Positions 49,994-60,632 of a DNA stretch of 64,000 nt are shown piece after piece. A program made the position numbers and the translations under genes. The stretch's first letter is position 1. Each line of letters opens with the position of its first letter. Below the pieces are notes generated by a model. It had not been told where the DNA came from and ran no database searches. It was given only the letters and a program-made list of their open reading frames with translations. Source of the DNA: Candidatus Bathyarchaeota archaeon (GTDB lineage Archaea > Thermoproteota > Bathyarchaeia > Bathyarchaeales > Bathycorpusculaceae); the NCBI GenBank assembly GCA_963826715.1, contig CAWGYA010000002.1:160001-224000 (forward strand). Direction: 5' to 3'.

Positions 49994-50036
49994 AAGAAAA
50001 AAATTGTTGAGCCTCATAAAAGGCTTTCTTTTTGGG

Positions 50037-51401
50037 TTAGAGTCGTTTGATGTAGCGGTTGACTTCCCACTCGGTGACTTGAGTTCGATATAGGTCCCAT
50101 TCGTGACGTTTTTCTTTAAGGAAGTTATCGAATGTTACAGGACCTAATGTTTCTCTCATCAAGTCGCTACTTTCAAGTTCGTCAAGAGCGTCCTTGAGGT
50201 TTTCCGGCAAAGATACGATTCCACGTTGCTTGCGCTCTTCGTAGCTCATGTGGTAAACGTTTAGTTCAACTGCATCACCTGGGTCAATCTTGTTTTTGAT
50301 TCCATCGAGACCGGTTGCAAGTAGCACTGCGAATTGAAGGTAAGGGTTACCTGCCCCATCTGGGCATCGGATTTCCATTCGTGCCGCATTCTTTCGTCCA
50401 CCAAAGTTAGGAACGCGAATGAGTGGTGAACGGTTTTTGTGCGCCCACGCAAGATAAACCGGTGCTTCGTATCCTGGAACGAGACGTTTGTAGCTGTTTG
50501 GCCATGAGTTTAGCACGGCTGCCATTTTGCGGCCATGCGCTAGTTGACCACCGATATAGTTGCGTGCTAGATCTGAGAGGTATCCATGTTTGGAGTCTTC
50601 TGAGTAGAATAGGTTCTCTGTCATATCTTTGTTCCAAAGACTTTGGTGAGTGTGCATACCTGATCCGTTGATGCCTTGGAAGGGCTTTGGCATGTAAGTT
50701 GTGACATAACCGTTTCTCGCCGCAACAACTTTGCCGCACATTTTCATAGTTATAGCACGATCTGCAGTTTCCAACGCTTCGCCGTATTTGAAGTCAATCT
50801 CGTTTTGTCCAAGTGCGACTTCATGGTGGCTAATTTCGATTTCGATGCCGAAGGCTTCGGCGGTGTCTGCGATTTCACGTCGCAAATCGTCGGTTAAGTC
50901 CCCGGGGTGAAAGTCAAAGTAGCCAGCTAGGTCAATAGGGGTTGGTAAACCGCCGGTTTCACTTTCCTTAACTATAAAGAATTCCAGTTCAGGTGCGCAA
51001 ATGAATGTATAGCCATCTTTTGTTGCTTTGTCGACTGCGCGCTCAAGTATATATCTTGGGTCACCTTCGAAGCGTTTGTTCTGCGGAGTGTATACGTCAC
51101 AGATGAGCCTTGCACTGGATTTTTCTTTAGGTCTCCAGGGCAAAACTGCGAAGGTGGTTGGGTCGGGGTAGAGAACCATATCGGATTCTTCGATTGGACG
51201 ATACCCTGTAATGGATGAGCCGTCGAAGGATTGCCCGTTTTCAAAGATGCTCTCTATGTTCTTGGAACTCACAGCAAGATTTTTGAGAAAGCCGTTTATG
51301 TCTGTGAATTGTAGCCTGACAAATTTTATGTCTTGTTCTTGAATCTGTTGAATAACTTTGCTTACTTGTTCTTTCCACGCGGGATTTTTAAAATTTTTCA
51401 T
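50037..51401 (-). CDS. glnA: Glutamine synthetase type I
   Basis: FDGSSI, HHEVA..QNE, MPKP..GINGSGMH, RLVPGYEAP, NRS..IRVP. Confidence 0.97.
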   Translation of the reverse strand: MKNFKNPAWKEQVSKVIQQIQEQDIKFVRLQFTDINGFLKNLAVSSKNIESIFENGQSFDGSSITGYRPIEESDMVLYPDPTTFAVLPWRPKEKSSARLICDVYTPQNKRFEGDPRYILERAVDKATKDGYTFICAPELEFFIVKESETGGLPTPIDLAGYFDFHPGDLTDDLRREIADTAEAFGIEIEISHHEVALGQNEIDFKYGEALETADRAITMKMCGKVVAARNGYVTTYMPKPFQGINGSGMHTHQSLWNKDMTENLFYSEDSKHGYLSDLARNYIGGQLAHGRKMAAVLNSWPNSYKRLVPGYEAPVYLAWAHKNRSPLIRVPNFGGRKNAARMEIRCPDGAGNPYLQFAVLLATGLDGIKNKIDPGDAVELNVYHMSYEERKQRGIVSLPENLKDALDELESSDLMRETLGPVTFDNFLKEKRHEWDLYRTQVTEWEVNRYIKRL

Positions 51402-51619
51402 TTTTCTAATACTCCTGCAAATTGCTTGGCTTGCTCTCCATATGTTATGGAAATCAGATTAAACGTAAACATATATAAGTCTATCGCTCAAGCATAATTG
51501 ATAAATGTCCAACATGTTGGTCAAATACTGAAATAATGTATTCCAACTTTCATACACATTGCGCCATAAAAAAGCTGGAAATTAACGTCTGAATAGTCAA
51601 ATAAACAAAAAAAACACAA

Positions 51620-52093
51620 TTATCGCTCCCTACGCAAGAAATCCCCGATATCCGAAACATTCCGAACTGCAATATCATTACTTTCATCTTTAGCACTCAG
51701 GTTTCCAACAATTTTGCCAAAACCTAAACATTCAGCGAATTCATTCTCCACCAAAACATTCGAGTTTTTCTTTGCGGAACCTAAAACGCGATGGATTCCT
51801 TTCACTAAGATGTCCCTTCCGCATATAAAAAGCCAAGCTGCTTTTGAATCAACTAATATTCGGTTTGCGTCCTTCTTTGATAGAATTGACAAGAGATTGA
51901 AACTTGGAAAGAACTTGCCTTCTTTAGCTTTGCCTAAATAAACTCCAACATAGAAAAAGTCTTGTTTAATCAAAGGCTTAAGAGCAGCATTCACAAGGTA
52001 GAAACGCCCGTTCTTCTCTACTGTAAATTCAGGGTTAAAGGCAATGTCTACTCCGAATGTTTGGGCAAAAGTGGTTATTGTTTTTGCTTTCAC
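51620..52093 (-). CDS. NIP7-like PUA-domain ribosome biogenesis protein
   Basis: GVYLG, AAWLFICGRD, DIGDFLRRE; coupled to the m5C MTase gene. Confidence 0.8.
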   Translation of the reverse strand: MKAKTITTFAQTFGVDIAFNPEFTVEKNGRFYLVNAALKPLIKQDFFYVGVYLGKAKEGKFFPSFNLLSILSKKDANRILVDSKAAWLFICGRDILVKGIHRVLGSAKKNSNVLVENEFAECLGFGKIVGNLSAKDESNDIAVRNVSDIGDFLRRER

Positions 52094-52977
52094 TGTTTTT
52101 TACTCCGTTTTAGTTTACAAATAAAAAAACCTTGTGTTTGACCCGGCCAAATTCTTCTACACTGTGCCAACGAAGGATCTAATCTTTTGCCGAAAACCTC
52201 CACTAAGCCCTCACTGCCAATGCAATCGATTGGTTGAATTTCGAGGCTCAAGTTATGGATTGCCCAATCGATGTTCAACTCGTCCTCTTCAGGCTCAAGT
52301 GAACATGTTGAGTAAACCAATTCTCCGCGATCGCTTAGACATTGAACAGCTGATTTTAATAATTCTCGCTGCTGGGCAGCGTTACGTTCTATATCTTGTA
52401 AAGAGCGGTTTCTAAACCAATTTTTGTCTGATGCAAAATTGCCTGAGCACGGGGCATCCAATAACACCGAATCAAATTTGATGCCTAAACTGGGCGCTTG
52501 CCTCGCATCCATAAGATAAACAACGACATTGGCGATGTGACATCGTTCTAGATGATTACACAAAGCTGTTAAGCGACGTTTATCCACATCAAGCGCTATT
52601 ATTGCACCCGTGTTTGCCATAATATTAGCTAACTGAACCGTTTTACCGCCCGGAGCTGCAGCGCAGTCGAGGATTTTTTTGTTTTTTAAATCCGAAAATA
52701 CCGAAATTGGAATTTGTGCGGCGGCTTCCTGAATTGAATATAAACCTAAGAGATATTCCGCGGTCGCTCCGACGGAAACTGTTGATTCCACTACCCAGTA
52801 ACCATCGGTGAGGAAGGGGATTTTTTTAAGTTGTACGCCAAGATTTGCTAGGCGCCCCACCACATTTTTTCCTTTGACATTTTGAGTGTTTATGCGGATG
52901 GATTGTTGAAGCTTGACATCTTTCTGGTTCCAGCCTAGCAGACGATAACGATTTTGGAAGAACTCTTTGCCTGACAT
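52090..52977 (-). CDS. RsmB/NOP2-family RNA m5C methyltransferase
   Basis: DCAAAPGGKT, DAPCSG, YSTCS..PEEDE. Confidence 0.93.
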   Translation of the reverse strand: MSGKEFFQNRYRLLGWNQKDVKLQQSIRINTQNVKGKNVVGRLANLGVQLKKIPFLTDGYWVVESTVSVGATAEYLLGLYSIQEAAAQIPISVFSDLKNKKILDCAAAPGGKTVQLANIMANTGAIIALDVDKRRLTALCNHLERCHIANVVVYLMDARQAPSLGIKFDSVLLDAPCSGNFASDKNWFRNRSLQDIERNAAQQRELLKSAVQCLSDRGELVYSTCSLEPEEDELNIDWAIHNLSLEIQPIDCIGSEGLVEVFGKRLDPSLAQCRRIWPGQTQGFFICKLKRSKKQ

Positions 52978-53046
52978 CGAGACTCAATAACGGTGGGGAT
53001 GTCTAAAAGCTTTTAGGGAGAACGACCCATCTATTTGTGAGCTGAA

Positions 53047-53454
53047 ATGTCCAAAATTGTCCGTGTAGGCGTAACTTTTCCTCCAGATCTGCTCAATGAT
53101 TTTGATGACATTATTTCAAAGATGGGTTATGAAAGTCGCAGCAAAGCCATTCAGGACGCCGTGAGGCTCTATGTTTCTGAGCGTAAATGGCTAAAAGAAG
53201 AGGACGCAAATCAAACTGGCGTAATATTGATGGTCTACGACCACGACACAAGGGGTCTTGAGAGGGAGTTGACCGAAGCCCAGCATCACCATACTGACCT
53301 GATCTCCTCCACGATGCATATTCATCTAGGCGAACATGATTGTCTTGAAGTTATTGCTGTCAAGGGAAAAGGCTCAGAGATACGTCACCTAAGTGATGAC
53401 TTGGCAACGCGTCGGGGCGTAAAAATACTTAAATCCATGATTGTGTCGGTTTAG
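53047..53454 (+). CDS. nikR: Nickel-responsive regulator
   Basis: RHH N-terminus SRSKAIQDA; YDH, HIHL...CLE. Confidence 0.9.
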   Translation: MSKIVRVGVTFPPDLLNDFDDIISKMGYESRSKAIQDAVRLYVSERKWLKEEDANQTGVILMVYDHDTRGLERELTEAQHHHTDLISSTMHIHLGEHDCLEVIAVKGKGSEIRHLSDDLATRRGVKILKSMIVSV

Positions 53455-54362
53455 CTTTTCACTTCAAACATACGTTCCAGAGAAGCGCGCGCTTTCTTTG
53501 CTACCTCAGGGGGAACCGAAACAACATTTTTCTCGTCTTTAAGCGACTCATAAATGCTTTCGAGAGTTGTCATTTTCATATTGGGACAGATGGCCCTTTC
53601 AGAAGCTAAATAGAACTTTTTTGTAGGATTCTCCTTCTGCAGGCGATGCAAGATACCTTGTTCGGTACCGACAATGAATTCTTGAGCTGACGATTCTTTA
53701 GCATACTTACAAAGCTTTGAGGTACTTCCGATAAAGTCTGCCACAGCACGCATTTCCCCTGTACATTCTGGATGAACCATAACTATAGCTTTAGGATGCA
53801 CCATTTTTATTGCTTTAACGTCTTCTGGTTGAAAAATAATATGTGTTGGGCAGTGACCATTTTTCGGGATAGGAATTATAGTTTTGCCGGTCTTTTCGGC
53901 GACGTATTCGGCAAGGTTCTTATCGGGACCAAAAATAACGGTGTCGGAGTTAAGGGAGTTTATTACTTCCACCGCATTGGCGCTTGTGCAGCACACGTCC
54001 GCTTCAGCTTTGCATGCAGCTGAGGTGTTAACGTAGAGCACTACAGGCACATTGGGATATTGTTTTTTGGCTCGTTTAATATCATCTGCATTAAGCATTT
54101 GTGCCATTGGGCAACGTGCACAAATACAGGGCAGGAGGACCTTTTTAGTAGGATTAACAATTACTGCAGATTCTGCCATAAAATCTACCGCTGCAAAAAC
54201 AATGAGTTCTGCATCTGTTTCTTGATGTGCTTTTTGACTCAACTCTATACTATCGCCCACATAATCCGCTATATCTTGGATTTCTGGGCGTTGATAATTA
54301 TGTGCCAGTATTATGGCTTTTTTTTCTTTTTTGAGGTTTTGGATTTTCTGTTTTAAATCCAT
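53451..54362 (-). CDS. nadA: Quinolinate synthase
   Basis: LAHNYQ, GDS, FMAE, CPMA, YVNT, HPEC, CPNMK. Confidence 0.95.
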   Translation of the reverse strand: MDLKQKIQNLKKEKKAIILAHNYQRPEIQDIADYVGDSIELSQKAHQETDAELIVFAAVDFMAESAVIVNPTKKVLLPCICARCPMAQMLNADDIKRAKKQYPNVPVVLYVNTSAACKAEADVCCTSANAVEVINSLNSDTVIFGPDKNLAEYVAEKTGKTIIPIPKNGHCPTHIIFQPEDVKAIKMVHPKAIVMVHPECTGEMRAVADFIGSTSKLCKYAKESSAQEFIVGTEQGILHRLQKENPTKKFYLASERAICPNMKMTTLESIYESLKDEKNVVSVPPEVAKKARASLERMFEVKS

Positions 54363-54755
54363 GGTTTCTACCAGTTGAAATGTGTGAAAAGAAACTGATT
54401 TAGTATGAGATATATCCTTTTACCTTTTATTGCGACGCTTTAACCTTAAGACTACACGAAACAAGTTTTCAGTGATATATGATTTCCAGCCAATCAATTC
54501 ATCTTAGTTGTATCTGCATCAAAAGATTCACAAAAAACTGTTTACGCAATATAAATAGTGAGGAGTGAATTGTAAGTACGACAAAGAATTTTTGAATAAC
54601 TTTAGGTACCAATTTTCCTTGCAGTGTAAGCTGCCTTTTGCGAAAAGTTTTCGGCCCGTCAGAAATGCTCCAATAATCGACCACAGTTATAGCCGATTGC
54701 ATTTGGATAAAGTATATAACAACATGTTGCACCGTCAGTTGATGTTGACGCTGCG

Positions 54756-55832
54756 ATGGAGCCTCCGAAAGCAAAACTTACATGGAAGACACTGCTGTTT
54801 CCACTACTGGGAATAGTAACTTTTTTCCTGTATATTTTGCTTTTTAATGTTGACATTGTAGGCATTTTTGCAACAGCTCAAAAGGCAAACCCTCTTATCT
54901 ACGCAGCAGCCATCGCATGCGGAATTCTTGAAGTTTTTTTCTATACAGTCTCATGGCATACCCTAACGAACCATCTCTGCATCAAAATGACCCTAAAAAA
55001 AGCATTCCTTTACGTATGGTATGGTCTCTATGTCGACATAATTGTCCCAGCCGAATCAATCAGCGGCGAAGTCACCCGGACATATTTAATAACACGTGAC
55101 CAATGCGGTACAGCTGGTAAAGCTGCAGCATCCCTGTTCGCCCATCGCCTATTGGGTATGACAATGAATGTCATCATTCTAGTAGCGGGGATAGCTTTGC
55201 TAACTACTGAGGGGGAAGTAAATAGTCTCGTTTTTAACCTAATTGTATTCATAGCCGTTGGGATTACTGTTGTAATCGCTGCCATGGCAGTACTTGCATT
55301 TAAGAAAAAATGGACCCAAAAAATCATTCAAGGTGTCACAAAGATTGCCGGCAAAATCTCACGCGACAAATGGAAGCTCACCAAATTTCAAACCGAAGCT
55401 TTTGAAATCACCGACCACTTCCACGAGGGCATGAGCGCATATCGGCATAACAAAAAGCCCTTTGCACAGTCGCTCTTCTATCTTGTAGTAACTTGGTTAT
55501 TCAGTTTAAGCATCCCCTACCTCGTTTTCCTGTCACTTGGGTATCCAGTTTCATGGGGTATAATCTTAATTACCGCTGCCATTGTTTTAGCAGTAAAATC
55601 CATTCCGGTAGGTATTCCGTTTGAAGTAGGCATCCCCGAAGCAACAATGACAACCCTTTATATCGCTATGGGAGTTGACCCTTCTCTTTCAGCTACAGCA
55701 ACAATCCTAACACGTATTATCACTTTATGGTTCCGTTTCTTCATCGGTTTTGCAGCTCAACAATACTTAGAGCTCAAACTCGTAACAAACAAAAACTCTG
55801 AAACAGAAAAAACTAAAAACATACTCAGTTAA
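54756..55832 (+). CDS. UPF0104/lysylphosphatidylglycerol-synthase-TM flippase-like protein
   Basis: P..SISGE..R, IP...G..E, TRIITLW; multiple TMs. Confidence 0.8.
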   Translation: MEPPKAKLTWKTLLFPLLGIVTFFLYILLFNVDIVGIFATAQKANPLIYAAAIACGILEVFFYTVSWHTLTNHLCIKMTLKKAFLYVWYGLYVDIIVPAESISGEVTRTYLITRDQCGTAGKAAASLFAHRLLGMTMNVIILVAGIALLTTEGEVNSLVFNLIVFIAVGITVVIAAMAVLAFKKKWTQKIIQGVTKIAGKISRDKWKLTKFQTEAFEITDHFHEGMSAYRHNKKPFAQSLFYLVVTWLFSLSIPYLVFLSLGYPVSWGIILITAAIVLAVKSIPVGIPFEVGIPEATMTTLYIAMGVDPSLSATATILTRIITLWFRFFIGFAAQQYLELKLVTNKNSETEKTKNILS

Positions 55833-55852
55833 TTAATACTTAAGTCTAAATT

Positions 55853-56305
55853 ATGGAAATAGAAATTAAAGTCGCAAGCGCTAAACTCCTCGATAAACTC
55901 TACCGCCTCGAGACAGAATGCTTCAATGAGGAAGCCTTCACCAAACAGCAAATAGCTTATCTTTTAACGGACTACAACGCCATAGCACTTATCGCAGAAG
56001 TCAATAATGAAATTGCGGGATTCATAATCGTCCAAATCGAAATATCTCAAACTGAATATGGACACATCATAACCATTAATGTAGCGTCCAGATGCAGACG
56101 TAGGGGAATCGGAACAAAAATGCTTACTGAAATCGAAAAACATCTAAAACAACGCGGTATAACTGAATGCTTCCTTGAAGTGCAAGAAGACAATAATGCA
56201 GCCATTAAACTCTATCATAAAATAGGTTATCAAACCGTAAGAAAAATAGAAAAATACTACGGGAAAAAAAATGCTCTCTACCTTAAGAAATCCCTTAAAA
56301 ATTGA
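55853..56305 (+). CDS. rimI: RimI/Ard1-like GNAT N-acetyltransferase
   Basis: GHIITINV...RRRGIG, LEV..DN.AAIKLY.K.GY, YY. Confidence 0.8.
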   Translation: MEIEIKVASAKLLDKLYRLETECFNEEAFTKQQIAYLLTDYNAIALIAEVNNEIAGFIIVQIEISQTEYGHIITINVASRCRRRGIGTKMLTEIEKHLKQRGITECFLEVQEDNNAAIKLYHKIGYQTVRKIEKYYGKKNALYLKKSLKN

Positions 56306-56379
56306 TGCCCTAAACAAGTGTTTTGATGCAAACAAAACTTTATATCAACTGGTACCCTAAAAATCATGGGTAGGGAGAG

Positions 56380-56649
56380 ATGGGAGAATTAAGTGGAAAA
56401 AAATCAAGAGAGCAAACTCTTGTACAGACAATTGTTTTTTTAATCCGTAATACGACGTGGAGATGCGGAAAACTTGAGAAATCTATTGTAAAGCACCTCT
56501 ACAAGAAGAACGAAAACTTTGGCAGACCTGGTGTGTCTGTCAGAGACATTATGATAAATCTCGGCATTACAGGCGAGAAAAAAGATGAGTGCCTTGACGC
56601 AATACGAAGGCTCGAAAAAAGAAATATAGTGAAGATAATGCTTCTCTAA
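56380..56649 (+). CDS. Small winged-helix-like hypothetical protein
   Basis: VSVRDIM...AIRRLEKRNIVKI; purine-rich RBS. Confidence 0.65.
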   Translation: MGELSGKKSREQTLVQTIVFLIRNTTWRCGKLEKSIVKHLYKKNENFGRPGVSVRDIMINLGITGEKKDECLDAIRRLEKRNIVKIMLL

Positions 56650-56701
56650 ACCTTTTTTGATTTCTGGTTTTTTAATATTTGATATTTATTAGTGGAAAAA
56701 A

Positions 56702-58082
56702 TTATTTGAGAAGTTCTTCCTCGCTTGGCGGTTGCTTGATCAAGCCATGCTTCATAAGCAACTCAGTTGATGCACGTGCGTTTTTGATGATTGTTGATGC
56801 ACGCTCGTAAAGTTCGGCTCTGCTGGGTTTAACACGCGCCACACCCTGCTCTATAGATTTGAGTGCGCATGCAACGGCTTCTCTTGGAAAAACTTCCCAG
56901 TCATCCATCCGCGGCAGTAAATCCGTCTCAGAAATTCCTCGTTCCTCAGCATAATTGGCAAGTTCAGTTGCGGCCGCTATACACATATCATCGGTAATCG
57001 TTTTTGCTTTCACATCCAAAACGCCCCGGAATATGGCTGGGAATCCCATGCTGTTGTTTACTTGGTTGGGGAAATCGCTGCGTCCAGTAGCCACAACCCG
57101 TGCGCCTGCTTCTTGGGCTTCCCAGGGCCAAATCTCAGGAATCGGGTTTGCGCATGCGAACACTATTGCATCGCTAGCCATGCTCGTTACCCACTCTTTT
57201 TTGATTGTCCCCGGACCCGGCTTCGATGCTGCAACCACTGCATCTACGCCTTTGAAGGCTTCCTCGATTTCTCCTGTTCTGCCTTCAGCATTCGTTTTTT
57301 GGGTAACATCATACTTCCAGGGATCTTCGTCATTAGTGATATCTTTTCTACTGGTATGCACAACACCTTTACTGTCAGCTAAAATAATGTTACCTGGTTT
57401 AACACCCCACTTCATGAGAACATAGGCAGTTCGGATGTTGGCGGCGCCTGAACCTACCAACGTGATTAAACTCTCTTTGGGTTTTTTGCCAACAAGCTTA
57501 AAGGCGTTGATTAACCCTGCCTAGAATCACAGTGGCCGTACCCTGCTGGTCATCATGCCAAACAGGAATCTGCATTTCTGATCGCGCTTTCTCAAGAACC
57601 TGAAAACATTTTGGTTTTTCAATGTCTTCAAGGTTTATGCCACCAAACGAGGGCTCAAGAGCTTTGCAAATACGTACAATCTCGTCAGGATCCTTGGTGC
57701 GCAAACAAATCGGAAACGCATCAACGCCGCCGAGGTACTTAAAAATCAGAGCTTTTCCCTCCATTACTGGCATAGCCGCTTCAGCACCGATATTTCCTAG
57801 CCCCAGAACGCGAGTACCATCGGTAACTACTGCAACGTAGTTCCAGCGATTAGTTAACTCGAATGACTTATCGGGATCGGCTTCGATTTCTCGGCAAGCA
57901 GCGGCAACCCCAGGTGTATACCAAATAGCGAAGTCGTCTACACTTCGGATAGCACATTTGGGAATAACCTGCATTTTGCCTTCATAAAAACGGTGCATCG
58001 GAATGGAGAGTTGTGCGGGTTTTTTGGCTTTGGCAAGCAACTCGTCTACAGTGGGTTTCTGCGAGATATTTTCGGCGACCAT
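56702..58082 (-). CDS. NAD(P)-dependent malic enzyme, +1 frameshift near 57520
   Basis: [26 protein letters not shown], then [23 protein letters not shown]; removing one G joins the two ORFs. Confidence 0.9.
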
Positions 58083-58247
58083 CAAGATGAACTCCTATTC
58101 AACTGGGAAAAACGCTGCTAAGCATTTAAGTTTTTATAAAAACTACCTATATAATGAATGAAAAATTATCTAATTTAAACGAAAGTTTTAATGAAAAAAA
58201 TATAAATCAAAAAAAGAAAAAATTTCTTTTCTTAACACTTTGGAAGT

Positions 58248-58829
58248 TTAGTATCTTGGCCTGTAACCGCCGCCACCACGTCGATCTCCACCGCCGCCGT
58301 AACCGCCGCCACCACGTCGATCTCCACCGCCGCCGTAACCGCCGCCACCACGTCGATCTCCACCGCCGCCGTAACCGCCGCCACCGCCGAATCCTCTTCC
58401 TCCGCCTCTGCCGCCTCGGAAGGGTCTGCGTTCTTGTTCATATTCTTTGCTTGAAACGTTGTTTTCTGTGTTTACTTCTGCAGTTAGTGGTTCTGCTGCG
58501 GGTTCAAGTTTGCCATATTTGCCTATGTTCAAACGAATATTGCCTTTGAAGAGTGTGACATAGCCGTTTTCAACGCGGAGTGTGTCGCCTTCGTTTACTT
58601 TTTCAATATTGTCATCCCATAGAGTAAGGTAAACTACACCTGTTTCGTCGCCGACGAGTGCATCGCTGACTTTGTGTGGTGAGCCGTCTCTGCCCATTGG
58701 AATTTCTCGGATTTCAGTTTTAGATACTACCTTGGCCGTGACATTAACTGCTTTAGATTGTGGGGTTAAGTCGCCGACTTTGGCTTCTACTGGTTCCTTT
58801 TTGTTTTCGAAAAAACCTTCTACAGCCAA
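58248..58829 (-). CDS. Single OB-fold ssDNA-binding protein with Gly/Arg-rich tail
   Basis: VGDETG..YLTLW, ENGYV..FKG..RLNIG; RGG/GY tail. Confidence 0.88.
   Translation of the reverse strand: MAVEGFFENKKEPVEAKVGDLTPQSKAVNVTAKVVSKTEIREIPMGRDGSPHKVSDALVGDETGVVYLTLWDDNIEKVNEGDTLRVENGYVTLFKGNIRLNIGKYGKLEPAAEPLTAEVNTENNVSSKEYEQERRPFRGGRGGGRGFGGGGGYGGGGDRRGGGGYGGGGDRRGGGGYGGGGDRRGGGGYRPRY
58263..58385 (-). repeat. Perfect 36-bp coding tandem repeat, about 3.4 copies (GGGGDRRGGGGY)
   Basis: GTAACCGCCGCCACCACGTCGATCTCCACCGCCGCC x3 plus a 15-bp partial copy. Confidence 0.95.
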
Positions 58830-58954
58830 TTGATTCAACACCTATTTTGTGGTCTGAGGAACATTTAGATTTTCTGAGCACTTAAGTGTTTCGCTTTAAT
58901 ATTTTAAGGATATTTACGTTTTGCATATTAATACGACTTGCATTTTTTATTGCT

Positions 58955-59746
58955 ATGGAGAAAAAAGTGTTAACTATTGCATTAATTCTGATAGCTATCC
59001 TGGTTACGGGTGTTGCCGTGGCTATCTCCATGCATATACAGACATCACTACCAACTGCACCAGTTCAATACAGTTACATAATCGTGAAAACTTATCCCCA
59101 CGACAATTTAGCATTCACAGAGGGTCTGCTTTTTGATGGTTCTGACTTGTATGAAAGCACTGGTAAATTGGGAAACTCCTCGCTGCGCCGAGTTGATCTT
59201 TCCTCCGGTGAAGTAGAGAAACAGGTTAATTTGAGTGACACCCTTTTTGGTGAGGGTTTAGCGATAGTTAATGATTCGCTTGTGCAGTTAACGTGGCAAA
59301 ACCGCATCGGTTTTGTTTACGATAAAGAAACTTTTGCTTTGCTTAACACCTTCAGCTACCAAAGTGAGGGCTGGGGTTTAACTTTTGATGGCAAAACTCT
59401 CGTCATGAGCGATGGTTCTGCAAATCTTTACTATTTGGACCCCATCACTTACCAAACAGTTAGTCAAATCACAGTCAAAAACGGTAATTCAACTGTAACC
59501 AACATCAATGAGCTCGAGTACGTTAACGGGGATATATATGCAAACATCTGGCACACCCAGACAATTGTCATAATTAACCCACAAAATGGATATATAAAGG
59601 GCTGGATCGACTTGACTGGAATCTACCAGCCACACAGCTCAGAGGACGTTTTAAATGGTATAGCATATGACAAATCTTCTGATAGATTGCTAATTACTGG
59701 AAAATATTGGCCAAATCTCTACGAAATAATAATTGTACCAAAATGA
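58955..59746 (+). CDS. Glutaminyl-peptide cyclotransferase (bacterial/plant type), membrane anchored
   Basis: YPHD..AFTEGL, ESTG, FGEG, QLTW, EGWG, NELE, VLNGIA, TGK.W. Confidence 0.9.
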   Translation: MEKKVLTIALILIAILVTGVAVAISMHIQTSLPTAPVQYSYIIVKTYPHDNLAFTEGLLFDGSDLYESTGKLGNSSLRRVDLSSGEVEKQVNLSDTLFGEGLAIVNDSLVQLTWQNRIGFVYDKETFALLNTFSYQSEGWGLTFDGKTLVMSDGSANLYYLDPITYQTVSQITVKNGNSTVTNINELEYVNGDIYANIWHTQTIVIINPQNGYIKGWIDLTGIYQPHSSEDVLNGIAYDKSSDRLLITGKYWPNLYEIIIVPK

Positions 59747-59884
59747 CGCTGTTATTTCTCTGCGACTTATGCTCAAATTTAACTAATTAAATTCCTTGGG
59801 CAATTTGCCTCTCTTCTGAACTGATCGCATGGCAAAGAAACATTTTGCAGATATTTTTCAAGAAGAAAAATGTCTTTTGTCGCT

Positions 59885-60439
59885 TTAAGCTTTGTAGTTT
59901 TTAGGATCTATTGTGGCGAAGTTATTACCGCCTAAATGATAAAGATGCCGTGTCCGTTTGAGATCATAACCTGCATCAGTGAAGGCGCCTAAATCCGCGT
60001 AGGCCTCAAGTATTTTACCTACGAAGATAGTATGGTCCCCTGTAACCATTTGCCCATCGACTTCGCATTCAAGATGAGCGATGCATTCGCGGATTATTGG
60101 TGCCTTGACTATTTTTGCTGGAGCCGCTGTTAGGTTAGCTTTTTTGAATTTATCAAAACTTCTGCCTGTTAGGCTACCGCAGGAGTATACTGCCTGCAAA
60201 ATCTCGAGGGTAGGGATGTTTACAACGAATTCTCCTGATTCTTCAATTAAAGTGTGGCTGTGACGACCGGGTGCGAGACTGATGGCGACTAAAGGTGGCT
60301 TCTGAGAGGTCGGCATGGCCCAAGCAAGAGTGGTTACATTGGGTTTGCCACTGTTGCCAACGCAGCTCACCAAAACAACGTGCATAGGATTCATGAGCCG
60401 ATAAGCGTTGTTGATGTTAACAGAACTTTTGGAGGACAT
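59885..60439 (-). CDS. Flavin reductase-family (flavoredoxin-like) protein
   Basis: GEFVVN, DKF, P.I.EC..HLEC, GDHTIFVG. Confidence 0.88.
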   Translation of the reverse strand: MSSKSSVNINNAYRLMNPMHVVLVSCVGNSGKPNVTTLAWAMPTSQKPPLVAISLAPGRHSHTLIEESGEFVVNIPTLEILQAVYSCGSLTGRSFDKFKKANLTAAPAKIVKAPIIRECIAHLECEVDGQMVTGDHTIFVGKILEAYADLGAFTDAGYDLKRTRHLYHLGGNNFATIDPKNYKA

Positions 60440-60632
60440 TCAAATCAAAGAATAATTGAGGAAACTAGCTTATTTGTATTCTTGGTCTCAGTGGGTTTGG
60501 AGAACAAATGTCCCTTCGACCTATCCAGGGGTTAGCAAAATTGTGTGCCGTTCCACCTGTATTGACTAACAAAGTATAACCAAAATTCCAAATTCTGTGG
60601 TTTAGATACCTGTTCAACTTTCAATGATGCCT

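Noticed and set aside
57498-57530. Programmed frameshifting or true pseudogenisation of the malic enzyme (also the phosphoesterase at ~4010 and the ECF-like gene at ~44260)
   Set aside because: All three lesions are single doubled bases with no slippery sequence, in otherwise intact genes; most likely sequencing or assembly insertion errors. Read mapping would decide.
58263-58385. 36-bp repeats as a CRISPR array
   Set aside because: Head-to-tail with no spacers, in frame within the SSB tail, and no cas genes
58154-58549. Alternative-frame ORFs (RRHHVDLH and VAAVTAAVEID repeats)
   Set aside because: Shadows of the coding tandem repeat
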